Shown here piece after piece: positions 40,101-52,060 of a stretch of DNA of 64,000 bases (position 1 is the stretch's first letter; each line of letters opens with the position of its first letter). The position numbers and the translations under genes were made by a program. The stretch spans positions 48,298,001 to 48,362,000 of the forward strand of contig OZ260662.1 in NCBI GenBank assembly GCA_965285935.1, given 5' to 3'. The notes beneath the pieces were generated by a model that worked only from the letters and a program-made list of their open reading frames with translations, did no database searches and was not told the DNA's origin. This DNA comes from Ophelia neglecta (Eukaryota).

Positions 40101-40948
40101 TCAGTGTTTGACGGTAGGCTGGATAGTTTTGAGAATTGTTGTCATGGCAATCAGAAGGGCTATATTCCTGACATAAAGCGAATTTTACTGAAATATGAGC
40201 TCCAGGAGTACTGGCAGATTGGCAGATCGAGGGTTTGTCCATCTAAGTCACAATGGAAACGGATTGTAAAAGTTGCTGTCTGTAAATATGAGTCGAAACG
40301 TTTTGAGGATCTTATTGTAAAGAAGACTGACTGTCAATTTTTCTGGCCGGTTTATGACGAGATCCAACCGTTTCCATTATATAAGCTGGCCAAGGAGAAA
40401 TTGTATTTAAAGAGAAACTGCATGAACTTGTCAAATCTACTGGGACTGTACAATTCAGCTCTTAATGTAACGTGTGTCCTATGTAACGAAGGCGTCAGCA
40501 GTCCATATCATCACTTATTTTTGGAAGATGGCTGTAATGCATTGTGTGAAACCCGGAACTTGTTGTGGGAGGTTTTATTTGATACCTTGCCAGTTTCAGC
40601 CTCTGTTTATTTATTTAATGCTTGTCCAGACACTCTGGTAAAATATTTCTTGGGAATTGGTAAAGAAGAATTCCTACCATTGGTCGCAGAACTTGTGACT
40701 AATTCTTTTGGCCCTTACGCGAAATCATTATTTAAATTTGAATTCGTGTGAATATAAATGGGTTTACCTGGATGCTGAGTTGACCAATAATCATAGTTTA
40801 TATTAGAATGCATTTGGAAATTACCAAAAGCGATGTGTGTATAGTATTGATGTCTTGCTTAATAAGAACGGATTAATGAAGATAGTATTTTGTACATTAC
40901 ATTGTAAGCTCTCATTCAGTTGAGGATCAATAAACAAATCAATCAATC
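37114..40948 (+). mobile_element. RTE/RTEX-like non-LTR retrotransposon, 5'-truncated in ORF1
   Basis: ORF1 tail (YLSFK..FWPKGINIRPW, stop 37284), ORF2 EN+RT, AATAAA then (AATC)n tail, flanked by a ~146-bp direct repeat. The clade is inferred from motifs only. Confidence 0.85.
37294..40751 (+). pseudogene. LINE ORF2 (APE endonuclease, RT, C-terminal Cys/His motif) with two frameshifts (~38150-38190, ~38690)
   Basis: LQETH, GDFNA, IDH, SDHLP; KAPGLDG, KAFDRV, KQGG, LADD, LHGSELW, CVLC..H..C, spread over three ORF-track frames. Confidence 0.88.
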
Positions 40949-41094
40949 TATATTAATGCGATTGATCAACACAACAAATTAAGTGATGTCATGTGTCTAG
41001 GATTTGGCAAACCATTGCTCGTGTCTCCTTTGTAAGGTTAAAAATAATTTGCTATGTTTGTCTCTGTGTACGAAGCATTATGACAGTAACATCT
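40949..41094 (+). repeat. Right copy of 146-bp direct repeat (long TSD)
   Basis: Starts immediately after the (AATC)n tail. Confidence 0.9.
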
Positions 41095-42104
41095 TATTAT
41101 TATAACAATGCAGTAATGAAATACCTGTTGGATATTCATATACGGTAAGGCGATTTGAACTCCATATACACAAACCACTTAAAATCATCAAACGAAGCAA
41201 AATGAAAAAAAAATCCACTTTGTAATACAACATCTTTTCTTTCTAACAAACAGATGGCAATGGTTGTGCAAGATAAAAAAAAATCGTAGTTTCATTTCTG
41301 TTTTGTACGGGAGGTAACCCATGGGCATTGACTTTTTGAATGAGTGCACGCGTCCTAGTTTCGGCACACCATGAGGGAATAGGTGAAACAACATTTTCTA
41401 TTACCAATATCAGAAGCGAGACGTATTGTTTAGTATATATTCATGCAATACCTTTGAAATGTTCTGCCTGAATTATTTTACACTTTTAACCAAACGATTA
41501 TATGTTCGAAAATGGCAACAAGGTAAATTGGAATTTATTTCTCTCTATGTTCATACAACATTGTAAATCAATCGAAAAATAAGATTTAATGTGCATTATT
41601 ACATTATTGGCCAGGACAGATCTGCCTGACATCTCTGCATATTAAGGAATAATGGGCCTTAATTGAAGAAAAAGTGGAACCATAAGGGCACATCTAAATG
41701 TTAATAATATAAGAAAACTCGGACACAGGTAAACGTTGCGAGGATTATTTAAAAATTGTATGAGCTTTATTTTAAGTTGAAATGTTGAATGAATATTAAT
41801 TGTAATGTTAAAATAGTTGACGGCCGAATCTAAAATGTAGCTTTATGCTATGATTAATTAAAAAAATATTTTTAAAGTATATGCCAGCCTATTAGTACAA
41901 TGCAAATATGTGTTATTTAATCAGACATTCAGTGTAACACATAACTATATCCTACGCATATTATTTTCATGCTTATATAATTCACAATTTTATCACATCA
42001 AATCGTGTATTGTAATATAGTGACACCGTGATACCTTATTTTATACGTATCATTTTTATAATGTTCATTACCTGCAGGCACTACGTATACAGTCCTTGTT
42101 TCCA

Positions 42105-45100
42105 CTAACGATTAAAATGAAACAGAAAAATAATGGTCGCCGTCATCGTGACATAGAATAGGAGAAACAAAATAAATAACATGCGGTCAATTTTTGTGGC
42201 AACCTGATGCCACTGGTCTTCAACAAAAGGTACATCCGTCGAGCTTGGATTTCGTGCACCATTTTCTTCATGGTTGACATTGTCGTTACTTCCATATGTA
42301 CTAACAACCGTCGGCCGGTCGACTATGTCCGAGTGAGTTTGGTTCACGTTGTTCTTCGGGCGGATTCCGATTCGTCTCCCAGCAATGTTTAAGAGATACT
42401 TTTGAACAAAAGGTGATGGTTTGGTTTTGTTTTTCCGGTGATAAATAGACAATACCCACACATTAGCGATAAGGGCTACCGCCGACAAACATTGCATAAA
42501 TGTAACGTAAATCACTGAAATTTGAGAAAAAAACGTGTCTTAGTTATACCTTTGTGTCGTTCTTCTGTCCGAGAATCAATTTCACACCTTATTTAGTACT
42601 ATGAAAATTGTAAATATATTTCGGTTACTTACGGAGTAAAGATAAGTTTCTTCCGCCTCTTGGGGAGATGTCAGAAACCATCAAAAGAAACACGGTATAT
42701 GCTAGCATGGAGGTAACGGACAATCCTATTCTCTCCCCGCTCTCAAGTGGTAAAACAAAAGCTAGGACTGACACAAAGCCAGTGATCATCGAGGGAATAA
42801 TCAAGTACATTACGTAAAACGTAGGGTTACGCTTAAGAGTGATAACCACATGAACGGCAGTTGTATTCCAACCAAGCTCAGAATACGTGTGATCTTCTAA
42901 TCTGGTGCTTATGTTCACCCATTCAGAGTCACCCTCCAGGTTTGGAACATCTGGATTGTCTCCGTAGAAATACTTGTTTCGCCCTATCCACATATAACTC
43001 TCCGGGAACGGGGCATGCAACATAATAGCACACGTCTGTGTGTCGAAAGGGAAATACCGTAAATCAACTTGGCAGAAAGTCTCGCTCGTGAAATGAATGC
43101 CGATCGTCACGCCGCCAAAACTGTACAACATGGCAGGAAGATGGTCGGGATAAATGCTCTCCGCTTTTCCAGCTCTGCAGTATGTGAAGATTAATAAAAT
43201 ATAAGTCTATACAAGCCTACAATTGTAGCAATATAATATAAAAGTAAGACTAGCAATAGGTATAAATCGATTTTTCGGCAGGCAAGCCCGCCTCTATCAG
43301 GGCTTTTTTCAAACTGAAAGGAAGTTCCCCAAAATGCAATGACTTAGAAACCTTTCCCATGTGACGCCATTATGACGACCCAACCTACCTGCACCCTAAT
43401 ATAACCACACAGCTCCAACTAACAGCAACATATACAGTATTTAATTTGATATCAATTTATTAATGAGTATAAGCTTATAGCATCTAGCTGTAATACCCAG
43501 CTACTGCTACCTTCATCCACCAAGTTACAATAAAATCCACACCTTACCTAGTTATAAATAAGTGGAATATCATCCTTTAGCTAGTGTAATTTAATATGAT
43601 GAAGGCGCAGCCTTGGACCGAGCATAGCTATACAAATTTGGAACTACACGGGAGTTATGAAAACATTGCCATAACTTAATTATAACATAAAGTTTTTCTC
43701 TTTACGTTTTAATCTAGCAAAGCGCGACGGAGCTCGGGCAACGACAAGCGCAGCCAACGTCATATCGTGGTGCGACCAGCAACCGTTGAAACTTTGACCT
43801 TTTTTTCTCAGTTGCCGAATCCGGAACCAGTATGGTGCAGCCGGACATAACCCAGATTAACACTTGACTCATCCGGCCCCACATATGATCTCCCAATATA
43901 GGTTTCTTTTTTTACATGTTCCGTACGCACACATATTACTGTCCCTCGAGTGTTTCACCTGATAAAACAGTATGCCTAAATACAACAAGAGAGTTATTAA
44001 TGTGATGAAGGCAGAACCTTGGATCGAGCTTAGCTATACTATTTTTTTCCCCAAACGAGAGTTATTGATACCTAGACTTCTTCAATATATACCACGGAAA
44101 CAAATGATATGTCACAGCTTGGGGGGGGGGGGGGCAGCAACCGCTGCATCTTTCACCCATTTGTACTTTTTTCCAGTCAGGAACTAGTATGGCGCAACAA
44201 GCCCAAATGAAAACTTGACAGTTTACAAATGATAGATGATTTTTCAGTTTTGTTTGACATGTTCCATATGCACGCATTGTACTGGAATAGCCTCGTTAAG
44301 CAAGTCTTTGGGCCCAGCCTCGAGCTACGCTCCCCAGTCCGGCACTAGAATGGTACAAGCGAAAACATACCCTAGGAGAAATCCAGGAGGAGTAGAGTTC
44401 GGTAGCACGCTGACAATATTGGATATGTCACTTACATTTACATTAAACTAACGCATGATATTATTTCAAGTAATTTCAAGTTCAATTTATCATTTTCTGC
44501 TATACAGGTGGGTCACTACTAGTTCCATTTTCAAGGTCAGTCAAGATGTTGATATGTCTAAATACGGGTCTAGATGTGTATCTAATTAATTCTTCACTAA
44601 AATCGAAAACAAGGAATCTGATGGTATTTGGATTGTGACCTAGACACCTATATAAAGGTCATACTTTAATAGATGAAATTAGTATGCATACATTAGGATT
44701 CTAGGCCAATTAAATAGGTTGGCTATCATACATGTGCGATGTGAACAGGAATGAATGAATAAACAGTGCTGGGTACTTCCTGACAAATTGGAGTCATGCA
44801 AACGCGAATATACAACTTTACTTATTAAAGAATATTATGGGAACAATTTACTAAGAGAAAAGTAGTTTTCAAATACAATATGACGATAATGTGTGCATCA
44901 AGGAATACAAAAGGAATGAAACAAATAACACAGTTCCATATACAATCTAGTAAGATATACAATCTTAATTCGTGTAACAAATAAGCAAGATAAACAGCAC
45001 AGTATCACATAAAACCTTAGTGTGTCTACGGGGAAGAAATAAGCAATATAAACATCACAGTATCATAATTATACAAAAGCCAAATTATAGCTGCATGTGT

Positions 45101-46043
45101 ACATACCTTTTACACACACATAACCAACAAGTCAAAAGGGTTTGAGCATTGACATGATTCTTAACAATTAGTGTGCTATTTATGGGTCGAAGTGCAGGTG
45201 TGTAAATACAATTCGAGCGTCGTTACCTGTTAAGGACGTCAATTTCTGGTCTCCAGATATTAGTATTTGGAACATAAATTATTTGGGCTCCGTTGGTATT
45301 TTCAGGATTCCATCTCAACTTTGAGTCCATCCAAAACTGTAAATTTGCTAGGATTACTAGTTAAAGACAAATTTGTCCAAATATGATGTTACGATGTGTG
45401 CAGGCTCAAGAATAAACTTTACTTCCTTAATTAAAAATCAATTAATTACCAGGCTGAGATGTCCGTCTGCCTTTAGAATTTGTTTCTTTTCGTCCTAAGA
45501 TGCAAACAGAATCAAATATTTAGTTTCGACAACTAGTTTTTTGTCTCTCCGAAGTTATCATTCTTGTTGACTGTTATTTTATTTATCGTAAACCGGAAGC
45601 AGGAGATAGACGCCGGGTACTTTTCCCAGAGGTCTCTAGAGTTTGAATCTACGATTATTTAAATGAGTGGTTCTGATTTACCAAGTTTGCAATATTTGCC
45701 AATATATACAATATTTGTATCTGCAGACTTTCCTGAAAATATGTGACGGGACGAGCTGTCGGTTTGTAGTTTCTCAACAGATGATCCACTAACTCCGTGT
45801 CATTTTGGAAAGCGTCAGTTACTAGGAAAAGGATAAGTTTAAGTATTAGTATTGGTGAAAATACGGGTTAATTTTTTCAAAGTTAAATTACTTAATTTGC
45901 ATAAACGACATACACTTACAATTAACTTCAGTATAAGTATATGTTTTTATAGTATTTGTATAAATGAATCTGTGCTTACCAAGTATTCGAAACAATATCA
46001 CTAAAGCAGCGGACAGCTTCTCCCAAAAACGGTGCAAAATCAT
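42105..46043 (-). CDS. nAChR-like Cys-loop channel subunit, copy B; exons 46043-45980, 45821-45682, 45494-45450, 45336-45227, 43174-42633, 42514-42105 (~436 aa)
   Basis: Signal-like exon 1, Y..TARPV, IWRPEI, Cys-loop CQVDLRYFPFDTQTC, TM1-TM4 with GERIGLSVT. GT-AG introns are in phase. Confidence 0.88.
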
Positions 46044-47730
46044 ATTTATGCAGTAAAAAGAACTACCTCCGGTTGCAGTTGCAGGAGCTATAAGACCTGG
46101 ATCATTGTTGCTGTTGTAATTCTGAAACCTGTGTAACGAATGCAGAACATAAAATAAATAAACTAATCACACCCTAACGGAATCAACCGAAAGATAATCA
46201 ACACATGTACTGAAAAAGAAAAACGTGGTTAATTAGAGCGCAAATGAGAACATAGTCCTGTTATAGGTCTTTTCGAATGTCAGGATGTATGTCATCTACA
46301 CGAGATTAATTTCTTGTATTGCATCCATCTGATATCATTTGAAGTACACTTTTTATGCTGATGTTCATAGTTGATTCTGTTATTTCAGCTGATCAATACC
46401 AAAGGCATCAATTAGCAGTTGACACAGGATGAAACATACATCGCTGGTTGGAGAGATCACATTGTCCGAATGTCATACTTTATTTGACAAAAACCAAGTC
46501 TATATAACAAGCATTCTATTGATTTGTAAACCTGTCGCTAACAAACAATATTAACTAGGATGCATCAAATAGCTTCCACTTTGCGTTGAGCGATGCTAAT
46601 GGTTATGCGCATTAATAAATGTATTGAGCTCAATATCTTAACATGACATATCATATATGGACATCAGTCTTGTCCTTTAGCGTTAGGAACCGAAACCGTA
46701 TACATGTACTTAGCAATCTATGTTCTATAGATATTTATATAATTGATGATTGATCCCAATGCAATTATTATGGCCAACTGGGAGAGCACCGAATCATTTT
46801 TTTTCATAATGTATACACGCTCTATTACTGTTATTTGCCTATCTTTCCTGCTTTTTAAAGGGTCAATTGAAATCAAATATCTTCCTAATGATGATTTCAG
46901 GTAACGGTTACCAAAAAATTTAACCGTTCCCACAGGATAAAAACTCATTGTGTTATCCATCATAGCCAATCTTCACATGAATTACAGTGCGCATGTATAA
47001 CTGCAATTGAGGATGGGGAGGATTGCCAGTTGTCTTAAATATGAAAGAGACAGTCCGCCCAAAATTAAAAAGCTGGCAGAACTCTTCTCTGCCTTTTTTT
47101 TGGTTACGATAGCAAAAGTAGATAATTTTATAACTAAAACGTCATCCCTGCACGTGTTTGTAATATTCATTTTCGTCACTCAGATGTATATTAAATAGGT
47201 CACTGCGGCCTATTTTTTACATTAAGTCAAGACCAGCTCGAGAAACCACAAACATCTCCTTTTCAGAATCCAACAGGCAGGCTAATATTGACACAGGTGG
47301 GAAAGGGATAATCTTGAACTTGGGTCTCATTTCCAATCAATATATTGATATTTCTTATTGCGAGTCTTAATCCTTAACGGTACAAGGGAGATGTGTCTAA
47401 CTAGTTCTTTACTATAATGAGAAATCGAACTCTTGTGGTCTTTCAGTTTGACCTAGACCTCCTTATAAAGGTCATATTATGATAGACAAACTTAGTATAG
47501 ATTAAGGTTTAAACTAAATGTGTTGGATAACAAATTGGTAAAATGTGAACAGGAATAATGAATAAGCATAGCTAGGTACTTTCAGGCAAATGGAAGTCAT
47601 GCGAAAGTGCACACGGACACGAGGACCAATCAAGTTTTCGTGTACGTGCGTAGTTAACTGATTCTCGGCGGCCATCATGACGTCATGAACAATTTGCGTC
47701 AATTTCACTTTGTGTCATCAAAAAAAAAAA

Positions 47731-48240
47731 TGCAGGGAACTAAATAAATCTCCTATCTCTTACATGTTAAATCGAGGCTTTTCGTCGTCATTTTTCGTAT
47801 TTTCACAACAATAATCTGCATATAGCGACTAGTTCTGCCTAGAGGCCTATGTATTAGGGGAAAAATATCAAAAATTAAGCATTGCAAATGTACAAAAAAA
47901 TTTTGCTAGAGGCTCGAGAAGAAAAAGTGGCCATTTTACTTGTTTTTGTCACATTTGGCTGCCATACCGCACAAATGAACCCAAAAATATCCACATGGGT
48001 CTTTCGGAATCCCACAATTCCAAAACAATACCATCCCCGGTCGAAAATTATTTACTATTCATAAGCATACTATCTAAATTTTACTATTAACACATAAACC
48101 AGGCAACCCGGGTATGTTTTCTGCCTTTTTTGGCCAATCACCGGCCAGCTTGGCCAACTTTATTATTGCCCTTAGAGCTCTGGAACACCTACCAGGGGGC
48201 AGCACTGCATGGAAAAACTGCTTTTTAGTTCACTGCAACC
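47731..48240. mobile_element. Non-autonomous DNA element (Kolobok-like terminus) flanked by a 70-bp direct repeat
   Basis: Imperfect TIR TGCAGGGAACTAAA / TTTAGTTCACTGCAACC. 47651-47720 equals 48241-48310. Confidence 0.55.
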
Positions 48241-48745
48241 TAGTTAACTGATTCTCGGCGGCCATCATGACGTCATGAACAATTTGCGTCAATTTCACTT
48301 TGTGTCATCATACAAAATCAGGACTAACCGGAGAAGGGAGACGATGAAAAGCGCATTTTTTTCTGAAAGAGTTCTGACCACTTTTGGTGATTTGGTCCGT
48401 GTTTACTGCTTATATAAAACAATATTACTTATTCGATATGTTAACAAATTAACGAAAGATTTACTGCAATACTGCAGTATATATGATGACATATAAATTG
48501 ATACTCAGTTTTAATTGAGTTTAGTTTGCAACAGCAACTTAGATATGCAGGATATAGTATTTCCCGCCATGCCTGTCTCGCGCATGCGCTCGGGATACAG
48601 TTTAATAGATGCAGTTCTCGTGACCTCGACCCAGTTAGCTTCAGCGTGGCTCCTGAGTCGGTACTCGTGCTCAAGTAATTATTTGAGTTATTCTTACTGC
48701 TTAATACAGCTCTGGGTATAATTAAGCCGCAAGTGCGGGTTAAGC

Positions 48746-50449
48746 ATGGACCAACCAGCTAGGAAAGGCCGGCATGGACGAGGAAAGTCAGGGACAAGAA
48801 ACAGTGTTTCTGCCTCACGAAATCCGTCCTTGTCGCTGCCGAAACAGAAGACCGTCATGGCCGATCGGTCACAACGTGGTCGTTCCCGGACCCGTGCTGC
48901 TAAAGCAACCAGCTCAGACAGGCGCCGTCGTGGAGACACAATTCTTAGGCCTAACAGATCACCAACCCCAAAAAGAATTCGATCAAGCACGATCGATTTG
49001 CTGGACTATGCGGTACAGTTTGGGGACTCGGATTCGGATGGTTCGGACTTTGATAACGGAGAAGCACGGGACTCTGGCTCTAGGCAGCATAGTACTAGTA
49101 ATAAGGAGCGGGAGCATCAGGACTTTTTAGTGGACAATCACGTGGATTTCAATGACGGGGCCCCACCAAAACTGTGGACTTGTGCTCGGTTGCGCAGTGC
49201 TTTAGCTCAGAAAAGAATTAACGTTCCCACAAACTTCAAGAAGAGCTTGTTGCTGCAACTATACGAGGAAAATGCTGCGCGAGGCCTTAGCTGCGGAAAA
49301 GCCGACTTTGACCCACTTGCAGACGACGTGGGGACCTCCCACGATGCATCTATGGCCGGAAACCGGGATACTACCCAGAGTGCATCGGGAGCAAACATGG
49401 CCGCGCCCATGGCTCAGGGTGGATCAAACTCTGAAAGTACCAACGCCGCGTTGGCCACTTTCGTTGCACAAATAAACAGGTTGGAGGAAAAAATTAATAC
49501 ATTGTCCCAAAAGACCACACTCTGTGTGCCTCCTAATCCGCACACGTCCATAATCCAGAACGCCACATCGCAGGGAGGTTCTAGTATGCCTTTTAATTTG
49601 GGGACTGCCATGCCTGTGGACTCGGCCTTCATTGCCACCAGCGCCAGCAGCCTCAACACAGGAATGGTAGGACAGTCATCAGCTACCAACCTTTCCCACA
49701 ACTTGCCCGAAGTGGATACTGTCTCGGCCTCCTTAAGGAAACAAATCATCGAAGGTAAAGATGTAAACTTGGCATCTTTGCTCATAAACAATTTCGAAGT
49801 TTCCCCATCACGTCAATTTGATTATGACTTTGTCGATGTTAGGGTTAAAACAAATTTGGACTCTCGTTTGAACAAAACTCTCTCCATTGGGGAATTCGTT
49901 TTAGCCTTCAATAAGTATAAGAACATTATGTGCTCTGTATACCCTCAGCGAAGGGATGAGCTAGATTCATATCAATCAAACATTATTCAAATGTTCAACA
50001 AGTTTGGTGGCTTTCACTTTTATGAGTACCACAAGGCATTTTCTGCCAAAGCCTCAGCTCTGCTGAGTCAAAAGAACATTAAGGTGGATTGGAGCGTTAG
50101 GGATTTAGACATTTACTGCGACACCTTTGCTGGTCTTCGAGCCAAAACTTGTGCCTTATGTGGTAGCCACTCGCACGCGAGGGATTTCTGCCACTTGATA
50201 CAGAACCACATGGCCAGTAGATCGGCAGACACCCGCAGGTTTAATTATCACCCGTCTACACAGCAGGGAGACAAAAAACAAGACAGTAGGGGTAGGCCCA
50301 AGGTAGTTTTCCATGATAAGGAAGTCTGTAATGATTTCAACGACAACCGGCAATGCAAAAGGCAGAACTGCCGCTACGCCCATCTGTGTGCTGTATGTGG
50401 GGGCAGTTCCCACATTGCGACCGAATGCAAGAACAACAACAAATTGTGA
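48746..50449 (+). CDS. Ngaro gag-like protein
   Basis: 567 aa with a LEM/SAP-like motif (WTCARLRSAL..KKSLLLQLY), coiled coil, and Cys/His fingers (CALCGSHSH..C; CNDFN..C..C..H.CAVCGGSSH..C). Confidence 0.85.
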   Translation: MDQPARKGRHGRGKSGTRNSVSASRNPSLSLPKQKTVMADRSQRGRSRTRAAKATSSDRRRRGDTILRPNRSPTPKRIRSSTIDLLDYAVQFGDSDSDGSDFDNGEARDSGSRQHSTSNKEREHQDFLVDNHVDFNDGAPPKLWTCARLRSALAQKRINVPTNFKKSLLLQLYEENAARGLSCGKADFDPLADDVGTSHDASMAGNRDTTQSASGANMAAPMAQGGSNSESTNAALATFVAQINRLEEKINTLSQKTTLCVPPNPHTSIIQNATSQGGSSMPFNLGTAMPVDSAFIATSASSLNTGMVGQSSATNLSHNLPEVDTVSASLRKQIIEGKDVNLASLLINNFEVSPSRQFDYDFVDVRVKTNLDSRLNKTLSIGEFVLAFNKYKNIMCSVYPQRRDELDSYQSNIIQMFNKFGGFHFYEYHKAFSAKASALLSQKNIKVDWSVRDLDIYCDTFAGLRAKTCALCGSHSHARDFCHLIQNHMASRSADTRRFNYHPSTQQGDKKQDSRGRPKVVFHDKEVCNDFNDNRQCKRQNCRYAHLCAVCGGSSHIATECKNNNKL

Positions 50450-52060
50450 CAGTTCAAGGCATCCACCCCTATTAATATAGGAATTTTAAGGAAGGATCTA
50501 TCAGATCATCCAGATCCCCACTTCGTAGACTACCTTATTAGTGGTTTGACAGATGGTTTTCATACGGGCGTCTCCCCCCTTCCGTCAAAAACCATGATTT
50601 GTGATAACAATCGTTCGGCTACTTCTCAACCAGAAACTGTCGACACCTTGTTAAAAGCAGAGGTTGAGAAAGGGTATGTCATTGGGCCTTTCGTCAAACC
50701 ACCATTCGAGGTGTTTAGAATAAGTCCCATTACCATCGCTGAGGGGAAATATTCCAACAAGAAACGACTAGTAGTAGATTTGTCAGCACCACATGGCGAC
50801 AGCGAGCATTCAAGCATCATCGACCTCATTGACCAATCTCAATACACACTGTCGTACATTAAGGTTGATGACGCCATTCAGATCATTAAAAGGTATGGGA
50901 AAGGATCCATCATGTGCAAAACTGATATAACTGATGCCTTTAAACTTTTGCCTATTCGGCCGGATTTATGGCACTTGTATGGCGTTAAATGGAGGAACGT
51001 CTATTATTTTTTCCACAGATTGGTCTTCGGTAGTAGGTCCAGCCCTAAAATTTTTGACCACCTTTCTACTGCAATCTGCTGGATTGCCACAAACAAGTAC
51101 AGCATCAGAGACATATTGCATTTGTTAGATGACTTTTTGACCATTGACCCACCCACGGCTGAGGGGGATCGAACTATGGCTCTTTTGTCACTGCTTTTTA
51201 ACAAGATGGGTATTCCAGTTTCAAAAAAGAAGACAGTGGGCCCAAGCACAAAGTTGGAGTTTTTGGGCGTGTGGATTGATACTATCAAAATGGAATTGAG
51301 TCTGCCCAAAGACAAAGTAGACAGATTACTAGGACTAATAGATATGTTTCTCAAGAAAAAGACATGCACCAAACGTGAAATGCTTTCCCTACTAGGACAC
51401 ATGAACTTTGCTATGTGTGCCATTCGACCTGGCCGAGCGTTCGTAGCATACCTACTGTCTACTGCTCATTCAGTTAAAGAGCTGCATCATCACATACACA
51501 TAACGAAGGAGTGCAAGTTAGATCTTTCCATGTGGTCGGTGTTCCTAAAGCAGTGGAATGGTGTATCTTTTTTCTTGGAAGATAAGATCTCAGCCACAGA
51601 TCTGGGTCTGTTTACAGATGCGGCCGCCAGTGTCGGACATGGTGGTTATTTTCAGGGTCACTGGTTTGCCGAGCGCTGGCCTGCAGAAATCAAAAATCTT
51701 GCAGGACATGAAATATCCATAGCACTTATGGAAATGTACCCAATTATTGTGGCTGCTATACTTTGGGGGGAGCATTGGAGAAACAAACATATTATTTTTC
51801 ACTGTGACAATATGGCCACCGTCAACATCCTGAACAAGGGCAGGTCCAAAGTGCCTTTGATTAATAAACTGGTCAGACGCTTAACTTGGTTGGCAATCAC
51901 AAACAATTTCCATTACAGATGTTCTCACATCCCTGGAAAAACAAACTCTATCTCTGATGCCTTGTCTCGCCAACAGGTGAACCGTTTCCGAGAGCTGGCA
52001 CCGCACGCAGATTGGGAGTCGACACCATGCCCGCCCTTCTCCGAGACGACGTTTGCCTGA
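50450..52060 (+). CDS. Ngaro reverse transcriptase-RNase H
   Basis: STPIN..HPD, RLVVDLS, KTDITDAF, FGSRSSP, LLDD; RNase H TDAA, IALMEMYPI, HCDN, HIPGKTNSISDALSR. The frame is open from 50450. Confidence 0.9.
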   Translation, partial: QFKASTPINIGILRKDLSDHPDPHFVDYLISGLTDGFHTGVSPLPSKTMICDNNRSATSQPETVDTLLKAEVEKGYVIGPFVKPPFEVFRISPITIAEGKYSNKKRLVVDLSAPHGDSEHSSIIDLIDQSQYTLSYIKVDDAIQIIKRYGKGSIMCKTDITDAFKLLPIRPDLWHLYGVKWRNVYYFFHRLVFGSRSSPKIFDHLSTAICWIATNKYSIRDILHLLDDFLTIDPPTAEGDRTMALLSLLFNKMGIPVSKKKTVGPSTKLEFLGVWIDTIKMELSLPKDKVDRLLGLIDMFLKKKTCTKREMLSLLGHMNFAMCAIRPGRAFVAYLLSTAHSVKELHHHIHITKECKLDLSMWSVFLKQWNGVSFFLEDKISATDLGLFTDAAASVGHGGYFQGHWFAERWPAEIKNLAGHEISIALMEMYPIIVAAILWGEHWRNKHIIFHCDNMATVNILNKGRSKVPLINKLVRRLTWLAITNNFHYRCSHIPGKTNSISDALSRQQVNRFRELAPHADWESTPCPPFSETTFA

